Position numbers and translations under genes: made by a program | Part shown: positions 9,252 to 17,594 of the stretch, in pieces | How the letters are laid out: each line of letters opens with the position of its first letter | Numbering within the stretch: position 1 is the first letter of the stretch | From: Eubacteriales bacterium | GTDB taxonomy: Bacteria > Bacillota > Clostridia > Oscillospirales > CAG-272 | Direction: 5' to 3' | DNA length: 64,000 bases | Assembly (NCBI GenBank): GCA_045543015.1 | Contig: JAZQLY010000033.1 | Location: forward strand, 32,293 to 96,292 | Notes under the pieces: model-generated | Told to the model about the DNA's origin: nothing | Databases searched by the model: none | Seen by the model: only the letters and a program-made list of their open reading frames with translations

Positions 9252-10109
9252 TTATACAAGGCCGATGCCAAGCGGATTATACCAATTGACCACGAAAATG
9301 CCGGCAAGGAAGGCGCCCATCAGCAAAAAGGCAGCCGCATCACGAAAATGGAACTGCAGCTTATGCAGCTTTGTTCTTCCCTTTCCGCCACGGTAGCAGC
9401 GGCATTCCATGGCTACGGCCAGATCCTCCGCCCGTTTGAAAGCAGAAACAAAGAGCGGTATCAGCACCGGCACTAAGGCCTTGGCACGCTTCACAAGCGA
9501 GCCGTTTGCAAAATCGGCACCACGCGCCTTTTGCGCGTTCATGATCTTATCCGTCTCCTCGATCAAGGTAGGGATGAACCGCAGCGCAATGGTCATCATC
9601 ATAGCAAAATCATGCACGGGGACGTGCAGCAGCTTCAAGGGGGCCAGCAGCTCCTCCAGCGCATCCGTCAACGTGATGGGCGAGGTGGTGTAGGTCAGAA
9701 AGATACTGGTCACCATGATCAGCACAACAACGCGAATGGAGGTAAATACTGCGCGAAGAATACCGGCGCGATAGATCGTTGGCTGCCACACGAGCGAGAA
9801 GATTGGAATTTTCGCCTGCCACAAGGGCTCTTCACTTGCATCCCCCGTCAAAAAGACGTTGATAAGCGTTGTAAAGACCAAGACGAACAGGATCGGCTTC
9901 AGGCCGCGCAAAATGGTCATCACAGAAATGCGGCTAAGCAGGATCAGCAAAAAGGAGGAAAGCAGCAGCGCGGCAAAGCACAGTATGTTCTGGGCGCAGA
10001 AGATTGCTACGATATAAAGCACAGACACGATCACCTTTGCACGCGGGTCCATTTTATGGAGAACGGAATTCCCCGGGAAATATTGCCCAAGTGTAATATC
10101 TTTAAGCAT
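9252..10109 (-). CDS. ecfT: ECF transporter transmembrane component
   Basis: MLKDITLGQYFPGNS, ALRFIPTL, AQKARG, AMECRCY. Confidence 0.95.
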   Translation of the reverse strand: MLKDITLGQYFPGNSVLHKMDPRAKVIVSVLYIVAIFCAQNILCFAALLLSSFLLILLSRISVMTILRGLKPILFVLVFTTLINVFLTGDASEEPLWQAKIPIFSLVWQPTIYRAGILRAVFTSIRVVVLIMVTSIFLTYTTSPITLTDALEELLAPLKLLHVPVHDFAMMMTIALRFIPTLIEETDKIMNAQKARGADFANGSLVKRAKALVPVLIPLFVSAFKRAEDLAVAMECRCYRGGKGRTKLHKLQFHFRDAAAFLLMGAFLAGIFVVNWYNPLGIGLV

Positions 10110-10998
10110 GCTCTCCCTCCCCCGTTTGCGTTTGTGCCGCCCTCTTTGCATCACAAGCACGCATATATGCCTCTGCCACGCCGGATACCGTGTACAAATT
10201 TCCCTGCAGCGGCACGCCGCGCTTTTGCAGCGCAATGGCGATGCGCGCGATGCGCGGGATATCCAGGCCTACCTCGGCAAGCTCCTTGGAGCGAGAGAAC
10301 ACCTCATCCACCGTGCCGCTCAAAAACACCTCGGCATGGTTCAATGCCACGATACGGTCACAGTACTGCGCCATATCCTCCATGCTGTGGCTAACAAGGA
10401 TGACGGTAGCGTTACAAGAACGCTGGTAAGCGCGAAGGCCGCCTAAGATCTCGCTTCTGCCGATGGGATCCAGGCCGGCAGCAGGCTCATCCAGCACCAG
10501 CACCTCCGGCCGCATGGCAATGATGCCGGCAATGGCCGCGCGTCTTTTTTGCCCGCCGGACAGAGAGAAAGGTGACTGCGAAAGCAAGCTCTCATCCAGA
10601 TGTACAAAGGAGGCTGCCTCCTTTACGCGAGCCTCGACCTCCTCCTCCGAGAAGCCCATGTTGCGCGGCGCATACCCAATATCTGCCTGCACGGTCTCAT
10701 CAAACAGCTGATACTCCGGATACTGCATAACAAGCCCTACGCGATAACGGATCTTTTGTATCTCCTTGGGCTTGGCCCAAATATCCTCACCGTTCAGCAG
10801 GATCTTACCACTTTGCGGCCGCAAAAGGCCGTTGAGAAGCTGCACCATGGTAGATTTACCGGAGCCGGTGTGGCCGATCACGCCGGTGATCTTGCCCTTT
10901 TCAAACCCTACGCTGACATGGTTCAGTGCAACCATCTCAAACGGCGTACCGCCGCCATATACGTAAGAAACGTCTTTTAATTCAAGTATATTTTCCAT
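10102..10998 (-). CDS. ecfA2: ECF transporter ATPase A'
   Basis: GHTGSGKS, QYPEYQLF, LSGGQKRR, LDEPAAGLD. Confidence 0.95.
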   Translation of the reverse strand: MENILELKDVSYVYGGGTPFEMVALNHVSVGFEKGKITGVIGHTGSGKSTMVQLLNGLLRPQSGKILLNGEDIWAKPKEIQKIRYRVGLVMQYPEYQLFDETVQADIGYAPRNMGFSEEEVEARVKEAASFVHLDESLLSQSPFSLSGGQKRRAAIAGIIAMRPEVLVLDEPAAGLDPIGRSEILGGLRAYQRSCNATVILVSHSMEDMAQYCDRIVALNHAEVFLSGTVDEVFSRSKELAEVGLDIPRIARIAIALQKRGVPLQGNLYTVSGVAEAYMRACDAKRAAQTQTGEGEHA

Positions 10999-11858
10999 TA
11001 CAGCTCCTCATATAAGCGCACAAGCGCATCCACACAGGCCTCATCCTCTGTGTAGCCGCTTGGCAGGGGGCAGCCCTTCCGTCGCAAAAGATCAAAAAGC
11101 TCGGTCGTTTGCGGTGCCTCCAGCCCGATCGCATGCAGCTCCTCAATACGAGAAAAGACCTCTACCGGGGTGCCGTCCATATAGACACGCCCGTCGTTCA
11201 CCACTACAATGCGGTCAGCGTGCGCAGCCTCGTCCATATAATGCGTAATGTTCAAAACAGCGATATGATGCTCACGGTTCAGCATATCCATGGTCTTCAA
11301 CACCTCGCGCCGACCAAGCGGATCCAGCATTGCCGTAGACTCGTCAAAAATAATGCATTTCGGCATCATGGCAATCACACCGGCAATGGCAATGCGCTGC
11401 TTCTGCCCGCCGGAAAGGCGGTGCGGCGCGTGCTGTGCGTATTCAGCCATGCCAACCGTAGCCAGCGCGTGATCTACCCGCTTGCGCAGCTCTTCACGCG
11501 GCAGCCCTAAATTCTCCGGCCCAAAGGCAACGTCCTCTTCCACGATTGTCGCAACCAACTGGTTATCCGGGTTTTGAAAGACCATGCCCACCTCACGCCG
11601 GATATCAAACATATCATCCTCTGTAAAATCAGGCGCGGTCACCTCTCTGCCCGCAATACGAATAACACCGCTATCGGGAGAAAGGATCATATTGAGTAGC
11701 TTGGCAAACGTCGATTTCCCTGACCCGTTATGGCCAAGGATCGCAACGTATTCGCCCTCTTGCACAGAGATCGAGACATCCTCCAACGCAGGATGCTGAT
11801 GCTCACGCTCATCCTCATACGAGAACTTCAGATGCTTTGTTTCGATAAAATCGCTCAA
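10998..11858 (-). CDS. ecfA1: ECF transporter ATPase A
   Basis: GHNGSGKS, FQNPDNQLV, LSGGQKQR; probable TTG start at 11858 after GAAAGAGG (ORF track start 11879). Confidence 0.94.
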   Translation of the reverse strand: MSDFIETKHLKFSYEDEREHQHPALEDVSISVQEGEYVAILGHNGSGKSTFAKLLNMILSPDSGVIRIAGREVTAPDFTEDDMFDIRREVGMVFQNPDNQLVATIVEEDVAFGPENLGLPREELRKRVDHALATVGMAEYAQHAPHRLSGGQKQRIAIAGVIAMMPKCIIFDESTAMLDPLGRREVLKTMDMLNREHHIAVLNITHYMDEAAHADRIVVVNDGRVYMDGTPVEVFSRIEELHAIGLEAPQTTELFDLLRRKGCPLPSGYTEDEACVDALVRLYEEL

Positions 11859-11875
11859 ATTATCAACCTCTTTCA

Positions 11876-12739
11876 TCAATCAAAGGTGTACCGAACGCTG
11901 CTGCCGCAAGGCAGACCAAGCCCGCTTTGCGAGACACGCAGCCCCAATTCATCTGCTCTGCTCTGTCCGCCGAATCGCGGCCGAAGGTGCAGATCACAAA
12001 GATATTTCATGGCAGATGCAGAAAGGCCGGTCGTATACGAATTCAGCAAAAAGAATAGCGGTTGCGGCGTCAACAGTTCTGCCGTCAAGGCTACGAACGC
12101 ATCAATGCTTTCTTCGATCTTCCAAACCTCGCCTGTGGGGCCTCTGCCGTAGGAGGGCGGATCCATGATAATGCCGTCATAATGATTACCGCGACGGATC
12201 TCGCGCTCAATGAATTTTTTACAATCCTCTACAATGTAACGAATGGGAGCATCCGCCAGCCCGGAAAGCGCCGCATTCTCCTTCGCAGCTGCCACCATGC
12301 CCTTTGCGGCATCCACGTGGCAAACGGAGGCACCCGCTTGCGCGGCGGCAACGGTTGCGCCGCCGGTATAGGCAAACAGATTGAGCACCTTGATCGGTCT
12401 GCCTGCCTTGCGGATCAGATCAGAAAACCAATCCCAGTTGGTTGCCTGCTCCGGGAACAGGCCGGTATGCTTAAAGCCCATCGGCTTAATGCGGAAGCGC
12501 AGATCGCCGTAAGAAATATTCCAGCTCTCCGGCAGGCGATTTTCACTCCACGCGCCGCCGCCACTGCGGGAGCGACGATAACTGGCATCTGCCTTTTGCC
12601 AAAGCGGGTGCTTTTTATCGCTATGCCAGATGACCTGCGGGTCGGGGCGAACCAAGGTATATTTTCCCCAACGCTCCAACCGCTCTCCGTCAGAGGCATC
12701 TATCAATTCGTAGTCTTTCCATGCATCACTGATCCACAT
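11876..12739 (-). CDS. Class I SAM-dependent methyltransferase (RlmI/RlmK-like)
   Basis: KHTGLFPEQ, VLNLFAYTGG, MDPPSY motifs. Confidence 0.85.
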   Translation of the reverse strand: MWISDAWKDYELIDASDGERLERWGKYTLVRPDPQVIWHSDKKHPLWQKADASYRRSRSGGGAWSENRLPESWNISYGDLRFRIKPMGFKHTGLFPEQATNWDWFSDLIRKAGRPIKVLNLFAYTGGATVAAAQAGASVCHVDAAKGMVAAAKENAALSGLADAPIRYIVEDCKKFIEREIRRGNHYDGIIMDPPSYGRGPTGEVWKIEESIDAFVALTAELLTPQPLFFLLNSYTTGLSASAMKYLCDLHLRPRFGGQSRADELGLRVSQSGLGLPCGSSVRYTFD

Positions 12740-12754
12740 ACTGTTGTTTCCTCG

Positions 12755-13252
12755 TTATTTTTGAAGTGTCCGAAGTAAAGAACCGGCACTTTGCCCATGG
12801 CAAAGCGCAATGGCAATTGCATCTGCTGTGTCATCCGGCCGTGGCGGTTTTTCAAGGCCAAGCAGATGGGTAACCATATCGATCACCTGGTGCTTTTCGG
12901 CCTTTCCGTACCCAACGACGGCCTGCTTGACCTGCAGCGGCGTGTATTCCGAAACAGGAATACCGTGCTGCTCTGCGGCCAACAAAACGATTCCGCGTGC
13001 CTCTGCCACGGCAATGGCGGTGGTCTGGTTGGTGTTAAAGAAAAGCGATTCAACGGCCATTTCGTCCGGGTGATATTTCTCGATGATCAGGTTCAGATTC
13101 TTATAGATCATGGCAAGGCGAGAGCCAACCTCAGTCTTTGCCGGCGTATTGATCGAGCCAAAGCCAAGCGGGCGAAAGGTCATGCCGTTGATACGCTCTA
13201 CCACGCCCCAACCAACGATCGCCAGGCCGGGGTCAATCCCCAATATTCTCAT
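12755..13252 (-). CDS. ruvC: Holliday junction resolvase
   Basis: ILGIDPG, AVESLFF, EYTPLQVKQAVVGYGKA, DDTADAIAIA. Confidence 0.96.
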   Translation of the reverse strand: MRILGIDPGLAIVGWGVVERINGMTFRPLGFGSINTPAKTEVGSRLAMIYKNLNLIIEKYHPDEMAVESLFFNTNQTTAIAVAEARGIVLLAAEQHGIPVSEYTPLQVKQAVVGYGKAEKHQVIDMVTHLLGLEKPPRPDDTADAIAIALCHGQSAGSLLRTLQK

Positions 13253-13377
13253 ATCAACCCTCGCATTCCATAATTTTTCACTTTATATTATAGCACATTT
13301 CCGCGCGTTGTTAAAGTCTTTTTACAAAATTATTCGGTCGGGGTGCAAAGAAAGTTTCTTCTTTTCCCTTTTCTCGC

Positions 13378-13406
13378 TTGACAAATAACAAAAAATGGGA
13401 TATAAT
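13378..13406 (+). promoter_or_regulatory. Consensus sigmaA promoter of tRNA-Pro
   Basis: TTGACA (13378)-17 bp-TATAAT (13401). Confidence 0.9.
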
Positions 13407-13415
13407 ATACCATAT

Positions 13416-13491
13416 CGAGGTGTGGCGCAATTGGTAGCGCGCTTGCTTTGGGAGCAAGATGCTGCAGGTTCGAGTCCTGTCACTTCGACCA
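13416..13491 (+). tRNA. tRNA-Pro(UGG)
   Basis: Acceptor CGAGGTG/CACTTCG, D-loop TGGTA, anticodon arm CTTGC-TTTGGGA-GCAAG, T-loop GTTCGAG, encoded CCA. Confidence 0.97.
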
Positions 13492-13528
13492 CAGAAAAAA
13501 GACGGCTGATGGCCGTCTTTTTTTCTGT
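13491..13528 (+). terminator. Terminator of tRNA-Pro
   Basis: agaaaaaagacggc-tgatg-gccgtcttttttt hairpin with T tract. Confidence 0.85.
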
Positions 13529-13543
13529 GATTGAACGGAGAAC

Positions 13544-13682
13544 GTGGCAGGACTCGAACAAGCCGGAAGTGAATGACGTGCCAGTGGCACGTCAGAGCCG
13601 GCGGTGACCGAGACACGGAGAAAAGGCGAATTTTTCTCGCCTTTTCGTCGCCGTGTCGAGACGGGTCCTGTCACTCAGACCA
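13544..13682 (+). other. tRNA-3'-end-derived structured element (putative ncRNA or small non-autonomous element)
   Basis: Inverted T-arm copy 13544-13559, two long internal hairpins, direct copy of the tRNA 3' end 13663-13682 ending ACCA, then a terminator at 13688-13717. Confidence 0.6.
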
Positions 13683-13742
13683 AATTGGGCTTTGGAAAGC
13701 AATTCCGAAGCCTTTTTCTTTGTTTTCTACGGCGCAAATTTT

Positions 13743-13769
13743 GAGGGCTGACGTTTTTCGTCAGCCCTC
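13743..13769. terminator. Hairpin after the rhodanese gene
   Basis: gagggctgacg-ttttt-cgtcagccctc, perfect 11-bp inverted repeat. Confidence 0.65.
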
Positions 13770-13777
13770 TATGAACA

Positions 13778-14098
13778 TTAAACCACGATCCTTCCTCTGT
13801 ATGAGCCGATACCGCCGATATCATGAACCTCCTTATACCCCTTCCCCTTCAGGTAAGCCGCCGCACGCGCGCTTCTTCCTCCGCTGAGGCAATGGACGTA
13901 CAGAGGCGCATTCTTATCCTTTATGAGAAGATCTACCCGATCGATCTCGTCCAGCGGAAGATTGTGGCTTCCCTCAATATGCCCGCTTGCGTATTCCTCT
14001 CTCGTTCTGACGTCAAGAAGAACTGCGTCCTTGCTTGCACGGAAGCTCCGGACCCCCTCGTTGATATCCTTGCGTGCAAAGATACTGAAAATACTCAT
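13778..14098 (-). CDS. Single-domain rhodanese-like sulfurtransferase
   Basis: LLDVRTREEYASGHIEGS, active-site loop HCLSGGRS; GGAGG RBS. Confidence 0.92.
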   Translation of the reverse strand: MSIFSIFARKDINEGVRSFRASKDAVLLDVRTREEYASGHIEGSHNLPLDEIDRVDLLIKDKNAPLYVHCLSGGRSARAAAYLKGKGYKEVHDIGGIGSYRGRIVV

Positions 14099-14157
14099 TT
14101 TTTATCCTCCTTGTTTTTGATTACGGCTTTATTGTAACACACAGGCGCCGTATCTTC

Positions 14158-14274
14158 CGTAACTTATGTCACAGTCTGCATTTGTATTGATAAAATCGCC
14201 CAAATATGCTACAATATGCTTAAGTGACAAATGTCACAGTAAACGCAGAAAAAACATGGTAAAATACAGTCACA
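14158..14274. promoter_or_regulatory. Divergent promoter region with Crp/Fnr-type boxes
   Basis: CGTAA-N6-TCACA (14158-14173), AGTGA-N6-TCACA (14223-14238) and a third GTCACAG half-site (14269-14275); resembles TGTGA-N6-TCACA. Confidence 0.6.
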
Positions 14275-14297
14275 GAGCAAAAAACGGAGGTAAGCTT

Positions 14298-15968
14298 ATG
14301 AAGACCTTGATCATAGGAGGCGTGGCAGGCGGTGCGTCCTGCGCGGCAAGACTCAGACGGCTTGACGAGAAGGCCGAGATCGTCATTTTGGAGCGCGGAG
14401 AGTTCATCTCCTTCGCCAACTGCGGACTTCCTTATTACATCGGCGGTGAGATCACCGAGAAGTCAAATCTTACTCTGCAAACACCCGAGAGCTTCAAGGC
14501 TCGTTTCAATATTGACGTTCGCATATTCCACGAGGCGGTTGCCATTGACACAAAAAACAAGACCGTTACGGTCAGAAATCTAAAAACTGACGAGGAATAC
14601 ACCGAAAGCTACGACAGCCTGGTTCTCTCCCCCGGCGCTTCTCCCGTCCTTCCTGAGATCGACGGAATTGACAGCGAAAAGGTATTTACCCTACGCAACA
14701 TTCCCGACACGATAAAGATCAAGCAGTATATGGACGAAAAGCATCCCCAATCGGCGGTGGTTGTTGGTGGCGGATATATCGGCGTGGAGATGGCGGAGAA
14801 TTTAGCGAAGGCGGGGCTAAAGGTTGCGATTGTAGAACTTGCCGACCACCTGATCGCCCCCCTTGATTTCGATATGGCGGCAGACGTCCACCGTTATATA
14901 AAAGCAAACGGAATTTATCTGCACCTGAATAACGGTGTAAAGGCTATAAACGGAAACACTGTTATTCTGCAAAACGGCGAGATCACCGCCGATATGATCA
15001 TTATGTCGGTAGGCGTTCGCCCGGATACGGCTTTTGTGAGATCCTCGGGCATTGAGACCGACGGACGCGGCAGTATCATTGTGAATGAGAGAATGCAGAC
15101 GAGCGCTTCCGGTGTGTACGCCGTGGGCGATGCTGTAGCGGTCAGGAATTTCGTAACGGACGCACCATCCTTCATTCCGCTTGCCGGCCCTGCCAACAAG
15201 CAAGGCCGCATCGCGGCAGACAACATCTGCGGCATCCCATCAGAATACAAGGGTACGCAGGGCTCGTCCGTGCTGAAGCTCTTTGACATGACAGTTGCCA
15301 CCACAGGGCTGAACGAAAAGAGCGCAGCTGCCGCAGGGCTTGATTATGACAAGACCTACACCTATTCCGCTTCCCACGCTTCCTACTATCCGAACGCATC
15401 CATGATGTCGGTCAAGGTGCTTTGGGATAAGGCTACGCATAAAATTCTCGGTGCGCAGATCGTAGGCTTTGACGGCGTGGATAAGCGCATGGACGTGATT
15501 GCCACTGCCATGCGACTTGGCGCAAGGGTGACAGACCTTGCCGAGCTGGAGCTCTGCTATGCCCCCCCTTTCAGTTCAGCCAAAGACCCTGTTAATATGG
15601 TGGGATTTGTTGCCGAGAACGTCATCGCGGGCAAGATCGGTCAGTTCTTTTGGCACGATGTGGAAAATCTCCCCCGCGACGGAAGCGTGACCTTGCTTGA
15701 TACCCGAACCAATACTGAAGTCGCGCGCGGCAGGATCGATGGATTTATGCATATTCCGCTCGACTCTCTGCGTCAGCGCATCCACGAGATCCCCAAGGGC
15801 AAGCCCGTGTACGTGCATTGCCACTCAGGGCTTCGCTCCTATATCGCTTGCCGCATCCTTGCAGGCAACGGATTTGAATGCTATCATCTCGCAGGCGGAT
15901 GGCGGCTCTACGAATCAGTCATCAACGAAAGAACGGTGCCCGAATATGTCTGCACCGAATGTAAATAA
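14298..15968 (+). CDS. FAD-dependent CoA-disulfide/persulfide reductase with C-terminal rhodanese domain (CoADR-RHD)
   Basis: GGVAGG FAD motif, SFANCGLPY redox Cys, GGGYIG NAD motif, LCYAPPF, rhodanese HCHSGLRS; GGAGG RBS before ATG 14298. Confidence 0.92.
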   Translation: MKTLIIGGVAGGASCAARLRRLDEKAEIVILERGEFISFANCGLPYYIGGEITEKSNLTLQTPESFKARFNIDVRIFHEAVAIDTKNKTVTVRNLKTDEEYTESYDSLVLSPGASPVLPEIDGIDSEKVFTLRNIPDTIKIKQYMDEKHPQSAVVVGGGYIGVEMAENLAKAGLKVAIVELADHLIAPLDFDMAADVHRYIKANGIYLHLNNGVKAINGNTVILQNGEITADMIIMSVGVRPDTAFVRSSGIETDGRGSIIVNERMQTSASGVYAVGDAVAVRNFVTDAPSFIPLAGPANKQGRIAADNICGIPSEYKGTQGSSVLKLFDMTVATTGLNEKSAAAAGLDYDKTYTYSASHASYYPNASMMSVKVLWDKATHKILGAQIVGFDGVDKRMDVIATAMRLGARVTDLAELELCYAPPFSSAKDPVNMVGFVAENVIAGKIGQFFWHDVENLPRDGSVTLLDTRTNTEVARGRIDGFMHIPLDSLRQRIHEIPKGKPVYVHCHSGLRSYIACRILAGNGFECYHLAGGWRLYESVINERTVPEYVCTECK

Positions 15969-15983
15969 AAAACGGAGGTATAT

Positions 15984-16289
15984 ATGATGTCAGTAAAGAA
16001 GTTGAATCAAAACAATTTTCAAAACGCAATCGCACATGGCACGGCTCTCGTGGATTTTTATGCCGATTGGTGCGGCCCTTGCAGAATGGTCTCTCCCATT
16101 GTGGACGAGATTGCAGAAGAACGCGCGGATATCACTGTTGGAAAGGTGAACGTGGATGACGAGAACGCGCTTGCCATAGAATACGGCGTGATGAGCATTC
16201 CTACACTTCTCGTGTTCAAGGACGGAAGGGAGACGGCAAGGCTCGTCGGTGCGCGTCCCAAAGCCGCCATTCTTGCAGAATTGAAATAA
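15984..16289 (+). CDS. trxA: Thioredoxin
   Basis: DFYADWCGPC, MSIPTL. Confidence 0.95.
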   Translation: MMSVKKLNQNNFQNAIAHGTALVDFYADWCGPCRMVSPIVDEIAEERADITVGKVNVDDENALAIEYGVMSIPTLLVFKDGRETARLVGARPKAAILAELK

Positions 16290-16305
16290 ACACGGAACAA
16301 GGGCA

Positions 16306-16338
16306 GAACGCCACGGCTCGTTTTGAGCCGTGGCGTTC
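16306..16338. terminator. Bidirectional terminator between trxA and the Crp/Fnr gene
   Basis: gaacgccacggctc-gtttt-gagccgtggcgttc, 14-bp stem between convergent genes. Confidence 0.8.
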
Positions 16339-16342
16339 GTAT

Positions 16343-17008
16343 TTAATATGCAAGCCCCATAAGCTTCTTTTTATCTGTGATCGCGATTCCCTTTCTCGTC
16401 ACCTCGATCATACCGTCGGCAGCAAGATGCCGGAGCATCCTTGTCACGACCTCGCGGGCAGTTCCAAGGTGGCGCGCGATGGTCTCGTGCGTCATATTCA
16501 CATTGCTCGTTCCATTTGCCTGGGTCTCCTCCAGCAGAAAGATGGCAAGACGTTTATCCATGCTCATAAAAACGATCTGCTGCAGGATCCACATGACATC
16601 AGAAAAGCGACTGACGGCCGTTTCCAGCGCGTAGTTCTTCACCTCGAGATATCGATCGCTAACGTCGCCAAAGGCGGAGGTACTGATGTGATAGCAGTCA
16701 CTCTCCTGCTCGGCATCCACATACACGTCAAAGGTCACGCTTTGCAGAACGCAGGAAGCCGAGAGCATACAAATATCTCCGGGCGAAAGGCGATAGAGGG
16801 TGATCTCCTTGCCGTCTTCCGAAAGAATATAGAGGCGAAGTCTGCCCGAACGCACAATGAAAAGCCCCGTACAGCCCATATTGTTGTGTACGGGCTGGGA
16901 GCGGTCAAAGTGCTTTTCCGCCGTGTTTTCGCATAATAGCCGCTTGTCTGCCTCGGCAAGCAGGCTCCAGAACGGAAAATAGGTTTCATAAAAATGCTCG
17001 ATCGGCAT
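16343..17008 (-). CDS. Crp/Fnr-family transcriptional regulator
   Basis: cNMP-like domain (GKEITLYRL) and Crp HTH THETIARHLGTAREVVTRML. Confidence 0.93.
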   Translation of the reverse strand: MPIEHFYETYFPFWSLLAEADKRLLCENTAEKHFDRSQPVHNNMGCTGLFIVRSGRLRLYILSEDGKEITLYRLSPGDICMLSASCVLQSVTFDVYVDAEQESDCYHISTSAFGDVSDRYLEVKNYALETAVSRFSDVMWILQQIVFMSMDKRLAIFLLEETQANGTSNVNMTHETIARHLGTAREVVTRMLRHLAADGMIEVTRKGIAITDKKKLMGLAY

Positions 17009-17178
17009 ATCGGTTGCTTCCTTTCAAAAATCATCTTGCCGATTTTGTTCAAAACGAGATTACCATTCTCATTCGCTGCTTTGCAAACTCAAAATCCACA
17101 ATATAAGCGTCAAAAAAGAACTGCCTTGGTCCTTTTTATCAATGCTGGATGCTCTGATCGTTGAAGCGCCGGCGTTAT

Positions 17179-17577
17179 TCATTTTTCCTGAAAGAACTCT
17201 ACCTCTTCCCCTACCGGGCCAATGCAAAAGGCGATACGCGCCGGGTACGGCGGCGCAGAGGGGATCACGATATCCTTGGGCTCTATGGTGACCTGATAGC
17301 CCGCACGGCGGACGGCTTCAATACATGCGTCAACGTCCTCTACCGCGAATGCCAGGTGGCGCAGAGCGCCTTGGCCAAGCTCATCCGGTGCGTTAGAAAA
17401 CAGCTCCAGCATGCCGGCACCCGTATCGACCATCGCACCCAGCTGGTCCCCTTCTCCCCACGTGCGAACGAGGGGCATGCCCAGGATCTCATGATAAAAC
17501 GTCAGCATGCGCTCATAGGCCTGCACGCCCTTTGCCTTCAAGGCGATGTGGTGAACTCCCTTAATCTTCGGTTCCAT
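17179..17577 (-). CDS. VOC/glyoxalase-family protein
   Basis: HHIAL, FYHEILGM, LELF, RHLAFAVEDVD, GPVGEEVEF. Confidence 0.9.
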   Translation of the reverse strand: MEPKIKGVHHIALKAKGVQAYERMLTFYHEILGMPLVRTWGEGDQLGAMVDTGAGMLELFSNAPDELGQGALRHLAFAVEDVDACIEAVRRAGYQVTIEPKDIVIPSAPPYPARIAFCIGPVGEEVEFFQEK

Positions 17578-17594
17578 CCTACTTCCCTCCTATT

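Noticed and set aside
12755-13252. RuvC-fold nuclease as a TnpB/Cas12-like effector
   Set aside because: 165 aa with the canonical resolvase motifs and no extra domains or array.
13492-17100. Intact integrative element or prophage at tRNA-Pro
   Set aside because: No integrase or phage genes, and the only tRNA 3' duplicate seen is about 190 bp from the tRNA, so it does not flank the redox genes.
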